Shown: positions 26,601 through 36,806 of the stretch, one piece after another
How positions within the stretch are numbered: position 1 is the stretch's first letter
How the letters are laid out: each line of letters starts with the position of its first letter
DNA from: Geosiphon pyriformis uo1
Lineage: Eukaryota > Fungi > Glomeromycota
Assembly: GCA_016748015.1 (NCBI GenBank)
Contig: JAAOMT010000372.1
Span: 62,001 to 126,000, forward strand
DNA length: 64,000 bases
Direction: 5' to 3'
Program-made: the position numbers and the translations under genes
The notes under the pieces: model-generated
What the model was told of the DNA's origin: nothing
The model's input: only the letters and a program-made list of their open reading frames with translations
Database searches by the model: none

Positions 26601-29600
26601 AATGACAAGAGTGAACCGACTTCAAGTTGGGAATGGGAAGAAGACAAAGAAAATAAAGGGAAGGAAAAAGAAAAAGAGACCACTCAAACCACCACTGCTT
26701 ATAACACCTACACTACACCACAACGATCTACCTATCGTCAATCCAAGCTTATATGCGTCAATTGTGGTAAGAAATTGTCATCAATGGGCACATGCTGTGG
26801 AGACGATGAGGAATATTCAATGGCAACTAGGTTCTATTGCCACCCATGCGTCCTTGAATGCTTTGGAAGACCAAAATGAGTAGGGAAATGGGACAATCAG
26901 CCATGCTTAGCTTGTGGAGAGACTCTCTTGGATGAAGGAATGTGGCATGACATTTCTGGATGTGGAGGAACGTGTGACATATCGTGTCAATACACAATTC
27001 TAATAAGTGACTGGGTAAGGAAAGAAACTCCAATAGAAGCAGTCTGGAAAAAAGCCATACAGCGACTGGACAGTTGCCCACATGACGACAACAAAATTTG
27101 GCAAATGGCACTTGCAAAAATCAAAGGGGTGATGCCAGAAGAGATAAAAATGATCAAAGACAATCTCCCCAAACTTTTAGAGCTTGACTGGGACACAGAA
27201 CCCATTATAAACCTCCTGGACCCGGAACAATTCCATGAACACTACCAAGAATTAGCACCCACAAGGAAAGAACAAGAACAACAGTTAGAGCAGTTGAATG
27301 CTTGACTATGTCAACACTGCCTAATTCCCTGCAACTTCCAGTATTGTCATGAGTGTGATCTCATTTACAATCCACCATTACACATGATCTATTCGATCTC
27401 AGAAAAAGAAGAACCAATTAGCAGCTGTGCATCAGAATCAGAATCGCTGATTAATCGCAATCTAAACTCTAACAATAATGACGAAAACACCAGTTTCAGC
27501 TCCATTTAAAATGGCAATGACAATGAAAACGATGCAGACTCAGATTCAAAACTCAATTTAAACTATGAACAATACATTGCACTACCAGATCTCTCCAAGA
27601 AGCAAAAGTTAAAATGGTATAGTGACAATGGGAAAGATATTATGCCAGAACGTGTGCATGATACAGATGCAGGGTTTGATTTGAGATATCCAGGAAAAGA
27701 TGCCATCAAATTGGAACTGCATTCATGCACCTGCATTGATCTGAAAATAGCACTAGAAATTCCGGCAACAACAATGGTTCAATTAGCATCTAGGAGTAGT
27801 TTAGCAAAAAGAGAGATTAATATAAGAAGAGAAATAATTGACATGGGATATATAAGAAATATTATCACTATGCTACAAAATGACTCAGAAAAGGCCTATG
27901 TAATAGAGCCCAATGAAAAGATAGCACAGGCAATATTCCTGCCTCTGGTTAGAATAGCTCAGTTAGTATCAGTGGGAAAGAGGGAGGAATTAGGAATAAC
28001 GGTGAGAGGAATACAGGGATTCGGATCCACAGGTAGAATAGATGTACCAGTTAACATGGCAGAGGAAGAAATTGTTGGCCAAAGAGAAATTATCTCAACT
28101 GGTCAAGCTATTTCCATTCCACCATATAGCCAGTACATGTTAGCAATAAAAAGGAAGGAAAAAAAGCAAGAACAGATGTTTGAAGCAGAAGCAACCCTTT
28201 GTGAATCAGGAGAAATTGGGTTGATCAATCTCCACATACCAGCCAAAAGCTATAGCAGCATAAAAATTCTCATCTACAACAATACTGGCAATGTCATCAG
28301 CATACCAGAAGGAACCACCATTGGATATTTAACCACAGAAATAGAAGACCAACCACCAAACCCCATTCCAAACTTTCCACAACTTTGTGAATATATTGAC
28401 ATCACATCACAAACAATCTATGGACAAGACGAATGTTATTTACTTCAACCAGAACAATTGGAACAAATGAACATAAGAAACTTAAATCCACTTCAATGTA
28501 TGCAGCTCAAGATATTACTCAACAATTTCAATGACATCTTTGCCAGCAAAAATAAGTTTGGCTGAACTGACATCATCCAGCATCAGATCAAGACTGGAGA
28601 TGCAATGCCAATCAAACAAAGAGCATACAGAGTGCCACCAGCCAGCCACGAGATTATTCGTCAAGAAATAAACAGAATGCTTAACAATGGACTAATTCAA
28701 CCATCAATGAGTCCATGGTCGTCACTAGTGGTACTCGTCCATAAGAAAAATGGAAAAATCTGGTTTTGTGTAGACTACAGAAAACTCAATGGTGTAACTC
28801 GTGGAGACAGTTATCCAACTTCACGAATACAGGAATTATTCGATACTTTCGGTGGGAATAAATGGTTCTCCACATTAGATTTGAACAGTGGCTACTGGCA
28901 AGTAGCCATGAATCCAGCTGACAAAGAGAAGACAGCATTTACTACTAGAGAAAGGAATTTTGAATTTGAAGTAATGCCATTTGGCTTAACCAATGCCCCA
29001 GCGACTTTCCAATGGCTAATGGAAATTGTTTATACAGGCTTATTGTGGAAATCAGTAGTTGTATACTTGGATAACACCAATGTATTCTCAAAGATGTTTG
29101 ATGATCATCTTTATCATCTTCAACAAGTGTTCGAAAGACTAAAAAGAACAGGACTGAAGCTAAATGCGACAAAGTGCTTCTTTGGCAAGATGAAACTCAA
29201 ATTTTTAGGACACATAGTTAGCAAAGATGGCATCAAAACGGATCCAGAGAAAATAAAGATAGTAAAGAACTTTCCAGTACCAACCAATATAACAGAACTG
29301 AAATCATTCTTGGGATTTGCCAGCTACTATTGTCGTTTTATTAAGAACTTTTCCAAGATAGTACAGTCACTCAATCAACTACAAAACAAAAATGCGAAAT
29401 ATAAATGGACAGAAAGTCAACAAGAAGCTTTTAATATTCTGAGGAAAAAGTTCATCCAAGCTCCAGTGCTGATTTATCCAGATTACAGCAAACCATTCAT
29501 TATCACTACTAATGCATCTGGCCAAGCATTGGGAGCAGTATTATTTCAGAGAGGACTGGATGGCAGAGAACATCCAGTAGCATATGCCAGCAGAGGTTTA

Positions 29601-29867
29601 ACACCAGCCAAAAAGAACTATGGAACACCAGAACAAAAACACTTGGCAATATACTGGGCCATCATGAAATGAAAAGAATACTTGAGCCAGAAGTTTGAAG
29701 TATACACAGATCACAAGGGATTGACATCACTCCAAAAACAAGAATTTGGAGATAGAAGACAGTCAAGATGGAAAATGGCACTTACACCATACAATTATAC
29801 TATACATTACAAAAAGGGAAAAGACAATGGAAATGCTGATGATTTATCGCGAATAAGACAAATCTAA
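23649..29867 (+). pseudogene. gag-pol: B2 ORF1 polyprotein (~2070 codons, single frame): extension, Gag, CCHC, PR, Cys fingers, dUTPase, RT, RNaseH
   Basis: Fragments starting at 23649, 24441, 25053, 25788, 26928, 27642, 28605 and 29682 share one frame and are broken only by point stops. Confidence 0.92.
27610..28044 (+). pseudogene. dut: dUTPase domain inside B2 ORF1
   Basis: Motifs DAGFDLR, ASRSSLA, IIDMGY (GGVIDAGYTGDI in A4), EKIAQAIF, RGIQGFGSTG. Confidence 0.93.
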
Positions 29868-29910
29868 GAACATTTCAACCCAAAAATATAATAAAACCAG
29901 AACAATACCA

Positions 29911-31314
29911 ATGGAAAAATACAACAAAAAGATGAACATACAAAAATATTAACAATTACAATATTATCTAAATACTCAACAGTTCAAGGAGAATTTATCT
30001 CATATGAAACGAAGGAGTATCAAACAACAATCAAAATATTTTATTACTCACCAAAATATACTTTATCAGAAAAATAGAAGAGATTCAGATCAACCAACCA
30101 GAGTAATCACAGAGCCAGAAAAAGAGACAATATTATTCAACATGCATTCAAATCCAACAGCAGAACATTTTCACAAAGAAGCAATTATGGAAAGAACTAG
30201 AAAAAGATAATATTGGCCATCAATGTACCCAGACATCATTCAATATGTTCAAAATTGTGATGCTTGTCAGCGAAAAGGAGAAACAAGATCCAGTGAACCA
30301 TTAAGACCAATCAAAGTGGGACAACCATTTGACCATATGGGAATTGATTTAGTCGGATTATTAACAATCATCAGCAGAGGAAACAGATACATAGCAGTAG
30401 CTATGGACTATCTCACTAAATGGCCAGAAGCGAAAGCAATTCAAAGAGCAGATGCAGAATCTGTTGCCGAATTTGTTCATCAGAATTTGATTTGTTGACA
30501 TGGATGTCCAAAAGAATTATTATCAGATCAAGGAACTCATTTTGTGAACAAAACATTAACAGAATTAAGCCAAAGATTCGGAATCAAAAGACCATTATCA
30601 TCACCATACCATCTACAAACCAACAGATTAGTAGAAAGATTCAACAAAACATTGTGTGAAGCAATAGCCAAACTCAGCCAAGAAAACCAGAACAATTGGA
30701 ATTTGTTCATACCATCAGTACTATTTGCTTATTGGACAATGAAACAAGATATTACACAAGCAACACCATTTGAATTAGTATATGGGAGAATAGCAACATT
30801 ACTAATAGAAAGAGAAATTAATACATATCCAGCTGAACCAATAACAGAGGAAAATTTTCAAGAAACATTGCTAAGAAGAACATATAACTTAATGGAAACA
30901 TTGGAAAACAAACGAAAAAGAGCAGCTGATAATATTTAAAAGTCACAAGAAACACAGAAAAAAAGACATGATAGTCAACTACCAGACAAACCAGTTGAAT
31001 TCAAGATCGGAGACAAAGTATTACTACATCATACCAAAGCGGAGAAACAATGAAGTGGAAAATTTGATCCCAAATGGGATGGGCCATTTTACATAGAAGA
31101 AATTTTGGGAAATAGAGCTTACAAATTAAGATTGGATAACAAAATTTTAACCAAAGCAGTACATAGAGATTGACTGAAATCATATCATAACATCATACTA
31201 TTATCTACCAGTAATATTCCACAATTAAGAGTACAGAGAATACTAGTCCAACCAGATAAGATTCCATGAGATCTGGAACCAATCATTATTATTGACAACA
31301 ACATGTTAAATTGA
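29911..31314 (+). pseudogene. B2 ORF2 integrase (HHCC, DDE core, GPF motif; no chromodomain), separate ORF in a different frame from ORF1
   Basis: MHSNPTAEHF...CDAC, GIDLVG, DYLTKWPEA, SDQGTHF, VERFN, KWDGPFYI. Confidence 0.9.
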
Positions 31315-31368
31315 TCCACCAAAAAAAAATATAAAGACATGGTAGATGTGATAGGAAATATCAGAAAA

Positions 31369-31998
31369 ATGGAAATTACAGACAACATTCACTTACTAGC
31401 ACAACAACTCTTTCAATTAATCCAACACCAGGAAATAGAGATTACAATCAATCAACAAACCATTTGATATCAAGATACTAGAAAAACATTTCAACTCAGA
31501 ACACAGAAAAAAACTGAAAATACTGTAGACAAAATCATGGCAAAAGTAAAATTAGCAATAAAAGAATTGACAAAAGAGTCACTATATCAAGAGTTGACTA
31601 AAGAAACTTGGAATTAGTGGATACAACAATTTCCACGAAACTATTGTTATTTTTACTTGGGACAACATGTAAATATTCAGAATCTATATATGAATAAAAC
31701 AAAGCGATTATTCAACAAAAAAATACTACAACAATTAGAACATTTTGTGAGAAAGAACAACTTATCCACACAAGCCTGAGCCATATACCAAATACACACA
31801 GCATTTCAAGATAAACCAGAAATATTACTCAACAGAGCAATGGATATGGTTACCAGTAATCAATTGGAAAAAATCACCAATGCTCAATTTGAAGAATTAT
31901 AGACCCAAATAACACAAGTAATTCTCAAAAACAAAATCCAGAAAATACTTCAAGAAGGAGAATTACAGGAGTTAGATTTCGACGGAGCTAAATATTAA
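31369..31998 (+). pseudogene. B2 ORF3, ~209 aa accessory protein of unknown function
   Basis: Single frame MEITDNIHLLAQQLF...YCYFYLGQ...LEKITNAQFEEL...DFDGAKY* with four point stops; homologous to family-A ORF3. Confidence 0.8.
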
Positions 31999-32012
31999 AA
32001 AAAAAAGAATAA

Positions 32013-32898
32013 TGTTACTCATAAAAATATAGGAAATATATTAGCATAATTATTAGCCAATCAGAAGCCAGCATAGTAAATGTGGAATTCCAGGATTCCT
32101 CTCAGGAATTGCAGGATTCCTAGAATTTCAGGATTCCTTTCAAGAATTGCAAGATTCCTAGAATTCTAGGATTCCTCTCAAAGGAATCACAGAATTCCAG
32201 GAATTCCAAGATTCCTGTTGTGAAGAATCAAGGAATTGAGGAATCTCAATTATGTATATATAGCAGTAGTGTTAGAAACAGAAAAGACAAAATTGATACC
32301 ACAGAATTCTTAGCCTAAAAACACAATTATTAAATAAATAATTATTCATATCTCAACCCACTCTCTATTATTAACACTTCATGTTGATAGTAATTGATAC
32401 TTAATCACGCTGGAACAATAGCTCTTGATCATGGCTATTAATGGGATACTAATCTGCAAATCACCTTGGCTTATTTCTTTTCTTTCTTTATTTTTCTTTT
32501 ATTTTTTTTTTCTTGATTTTATTTTGATTTGTTGTTGTATACTAATTGATTAAAAGGATTAAGCACTGAATTATTGACATCAAGGATAGCCTGGTAAAAG
32601 ACCCAGAAATAAGGGTAGAATTTTATATATTATTGGATAGCTTACCAGAAGGACACGATTGCCAGACTAAATCCAGCCACCACACTGAGAAAGAAATTGG
32701 AAAAACTCTTGGAAAGATACATCTATTATTGACACTATTGAATCTCTGTCTATTATACAAAGGACTCAACCAAAACCTTCAGATCTATCAAAACCTTTAA
32801 ATACAACACCTTCAGATCACTATCAACTGCTATTAGCTTTAAGCACCAAGTTATGGGTTTGTTATTTAATTCAACAGCAGAAATAATCACTTGTAACA
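32013..32898 (+). repeat. B2 3' LTR
   Basis: Matches the 5' LTR with 38 extra bp in the repeat array. Confidence 0.95.
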
Positions 32899-32902
32899 CT
32901 GG

Positions 32903-33535
32903 ATCCTGGAAAAATCAGCATTGTCAAAAACTTCAAAACTCCTCGAAACACTACAGAACTAAGAGGATTCATAAAGTTAGCCTTTTACTATCGGAAGTTT
33001 ATCAAAAGATTCTCAGAAATCGCAAAACCTCTCAACCAGCTTACCACCAAAAACGTCAAATATGAATAAACTGCTGAATGCCAAAATGCATTTGAAATTC
33101 TTAAAGAAAAACTAATAACAGCTCCAATTTTCGCTTACCCAGATTTCAGCAACTGATTCCGATTAGCAACAGATGTCTTTTATATTGCCTTTGGTGCTAT
33201 TCTATTATAATTAAATAACAATAGAAATGAGCGAATAATTGCCTATGCTAGCAGAACATTAAAACCAGCTGAAAAAAAATTATCCTGTCACTAAATTAGA
33301 AACAGCAGCTGTAATTTGGGCTCTACATCATTTCAATCTTTATCTTCGGCCAAAGGAATTTGATATTATCACTGATAATATTGGACTTAAATGGCTTCAG
33401 AACAAAAATACTCAGCTAAACGCAAAACAAACCTGATGGACAAAATTTCTAGCAAACTATCAATACATAGTACATCATAAACCAGGAAAACTTCACACCA
33501 ATGTTAACTGTCTTTCCAGAATGAGACAAGATTAG
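32903..33535 (+). pseudogene. A2 ORF1 3' part (RT end, RNase H), ending ...RMRQD-TAG
   Basis: Colinear with A3 ~41790-42422. Confidence 0.88.
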
Positions 33536-33584
33536 AAAAAAAAAACCAACACTCAACTTAACCAACCAAAACAGCCAACAAACA

Positions 33585-34970
33585 ATGAATTTGGAAAACT
33601 ACAACAATCTCAAACAATATTTAGAAACATTAACAATTCCAACAGATTGGTCTCCAGATGAAAAACATCGACTACAACAACAAGCCAAACAATATTTTCT
33701 ACACAACAATATTATTTATCAGCAAAATTTCAAAAATCCAGACAAACCACTCAAATTAATACAAAAACAGGAAAAAGAGACTATATTATACAACATACAC
33801 TCAAATTCTTCATCAGCACACTTCGGAAAAGACAGCACCACCCAAAGAACACTAGAATACTACTTTTGGCCTCGAATGAGAAAAGATATTCACGAATATG
33901 TCGAATCTTGTGATAGTTGTCAAAGAAGAGGAGAAACATGCCCTACTGAACCATTAAACCCAATCAAAGTTGAACAGTCTTTTGACAGAGTTGGTATCGA
34001 TTTAGTCGGATCACTACTTATTACAAACTAAGGAAACTATTATATTGCAGTAGCTGTAGACTATCTCACCAAATGGCCTGAAGCCAGAGCCATTCAATGA
34101 GCAAATGCAAAATCAATAGCAAACTTCATCTATGAAGACATTATTTGTAGACATGGATGCCCAATAAAACTTTTATCTGATTAAGGAACACATTTTGTGA
34201 ACAATTTAATCCAGGAAATTTGTGGACAATTTAATGTCAAAAGACCATTATCTTCACCCTACCATCCACAAACCAATGGACTTGTAGAACATTTTAATAG
34301 AACACTGTGTGAATCACTAGCCAAAGTCTCAACCGATTTTGAGCAAGAATAAGATATCTTTATCCTATCAGTGTTACTAGCATATAGAACATTAAAACAA
34401 GATACCACAAAACACACACCATTTGATTTAACTTACAGAAAGACAGCAATATTACTAATTAGTTTTACAGTGGAAACATATCCAGCACAACTAATCAATG
34501 AAAACAATTTCCAGGAAACACTTCAGTGAAGAGCCTACACTCTGCTTAGCACATTGGAAGAAAAACAACAAATAGCAGCCACCCATATTAAACACTCCCA
34601 AGCTCAACAAAAAGAACGGCATAATGACAAATTGCCTCCAGTCACCAATGAATTTAAAATTGAAAACAAAGTTCTCTTATACAGAACTAAAGCTGAAAAA
34701 CAATGGAGTGGAAAATTCGAGAATAAATGAGATGGACCATTCTTTATTCATAAAGTTTTAGGCAACGGATCATACAAGCTAAGACTTGATGACAAAATCT
34801 TAGCAAAAGTTGCACATGAAGATCGTTTAAAACACTATAATTCCAGAAACAATCCTGAACCATTAATTCCACAAATTGGTACACATTCTCTTTTAATCAA
34901 TCCCAAAGACATTCTCTGAAACTTAGAACCAATAATTGTCATTGAACAACCCCTCAACTTGAACACTTAA
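33585..34970 (+). pseudogene. A2 ORF2 integrase (461 codons)
   Basis: ATG MNLENY; HHCC, core and GPF motifs; same length as the A3 copy. Confidence 0.9.
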
Positions 34971-35115
34971 TTTCAATTTTATTATAGTTATTCCCTTATA
35001 ATTTAAAAACATATCACAACAAAAACAAAACAAAGCATGTTGAAAAAACAAAAATAACATAAAAACCCACATACCAAAAATAATTTCAATTTTATTTTTT
35101 TCTAATTTTATTATA

Positions 35116-35811
35116 ATGACTATTCCTCAAAATATTCAACAGTTATCTCAAAAATTAATGTTAGCTTTAAAAACAATACCTGAATTATCCATTACTATTA
35201 CTGGAAAACATATTAATTATATCCAAACAGAAATAGTTACAAATCTAGCCCCAAATTCACAAAAGTATCACCCTTATAGAAAGAACACAAGAAGTTATTC
35301 TGGAATTCATTTACCAGAACTTTTGAAGCTTGCTTTAAGAGAAAACTTATTGCTCACCCCTATTAGTATTCCACCAAATACTACTATCCAACAAAAACTT
35401 CAACTGTGTCTTAATAAAAAAAATGGCAAATACCCCTCAATATATAGATATTTTTATATTGGAAAAACACTTCATGAGCAAAAACTAGAGCTTACAGCAG
35501 CAAATCTCACAAAAGAAGCTATTCAGAAACAACTCCACAACAAATTCAAAACAACAGCTGGGCCTACAAACAGTTATTATAAACTAAGAGCTGCTCTTAG
35601 ACTTTATGACCTATTTTACACCTGTGAAAATGTCCTACAAAACCCAATTTTACAACTCTTGAAGATTCAATATATTGAAAAGCTCACAGAACTGAAATTT
35701 CAACAATTTTCAGACCAAATTTCTTCAATAATTTTGGATTATTATCTGAAAATTACAGACAGTACTTGGACTTTGATGGTGTTACCAGATGAAATTAAAG
35801 ATATTATTTAG
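35116..35811 (+). CDS. A2 ORF3, uninterrupted 231-aa accessory protein of unknown function; ends inside the downstream LTR
   Basis: Open ORF with ATG; homologs at 43966-44682, 49018-49723(-) and in family B. Confidence 0.8.
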   Translation: MTIPQNIQQLSQKLMLALKTIPELSITITGKHINYIQTEIVTNLAPNSQKYHPYRKNTRSYSGIHLPELLKLALRENLLLTPISIPPNTTIQQKLQLCLNKKNGKYPSIYRYFYIGKTLHEQKLELTAANLTKEAIQKQLHNKFKTTAGPTNSYYKLRAALRLYDLFYTCENVLQNPILQLLKIQYIEKLTELKFQQFSDQISSIILDYYLKITDSTWTLMVLPDEIKDII

Positions 35812-36760
35812 CATGAAATTATCTTATAAATTCTATCATTAATTAGCATATATTATCGTTTCAAATTATCACTTATTACATTAGCAAAATGTCCAAAATT
35901 ATCATTTAAATTAATAACCCAATTTGTACATAACACAAATGTAATCTAATTGTGATGATCAATTATGCAATACCCCGAACTATATAACATTCAAAAGTTC
36001 GCCGAAATTTGTAGAAATTCACAGAAATAATTGATAGTTCACCGAAATATCTAATAGTTCGCAGAAATAACTTGTAGTTTGCCAAAATGTATCTTTAGTT
36101 CAGCAAAATTGTAGAAAATAGCAAAGTTCAAGTTCATAGAATAGTGTTACAACAAGTTGTATAAAAGAAGAGCATCTCTTTTCGAGAAAATGTATCTTAC
36201 TTTAGATTTATCACTTAAAACCATTCCTATGTACACAAAAAAAAATAAATATCAAATAATTTAAAAAACCAAATTCTTTAATTATTGCACTTGGAAAATC
36301 CCCAAAACCCAACTAATGTTTTGAAATTGATTAGCTACCAATTTCAGTAAACTGTTAGTGACTCCAGGCCTGGATAAAAAAACGTTTCCCTTGATAAAAT
36401 TTTATTTCTTTTACATTTCTTTTATTTTTCTTTTCTTTTCTTATTACAATTATTAGGGTAGCCTACAGACAAGATTCCTGTAAAAGAGTTGACTTTTACA
36501 GCAAAGTAACTATACATTTTTAGTGAGCTTCCAGACAAGCAATTCCTGGGAAAGAGTTGACATTTACTACAACATAACTACATAAAGCAACTGGCATGGA
36601 ATTGGCCATTCCACTTATAAGTCCAGCAAGTTCAAATTATAGAAGATAATTTGAAGATAAATTCAGTTACTGGAGGTCCAACTACTTCCTGGAAATGTGA
36701 ATTCACAGCAAACAGGCATCAACAACATTCAAGAAAGGAGACCAAAAACCTCCGGTAACA
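35780..36760 (+). repeat. A3 5' LTR
   Basis: TGTTACCAG...CCGGTAACA followed by PBS. Confidence 0.95.
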
Positions 36761-36806
36761 TTTGATGCTCTCCCACGGAAATAACACAGCAACAACAAAA
36801 TTCAAA

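Larger units (their letters stand above)
22739..32898 (+). mobile_element. Full-length family-B element B2 (10,160 bp), TSD CTGG
   Basis: LTRs 22739-23586 and 32013-32898; CTGG at 22735-22738 and 32899-32902; PBS and PPT present. Confidence 0.96.

Noticed and set aside
27642-28565. Host housekeeping dUTPase gene or a DNA-virus insertion
   Set aside because: It is in frame within retroelement ORF1 and at the same position in six copies
31000-31314. Chromodomain or IN-ORF3 fusion in B2, where the two share a frame
   Set aside because: No chromodomain motif is visible. B1 and B3 have TAA at the integrase end, family A has a >100-nt non-coding gap, and ORF3 has a conserved own start.
35116-35811. 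ORF3 as a retroviral envelope gene
   Set aside because: Too short, with no signal peptide, transmembrane anchor or evident furin/fusion motif
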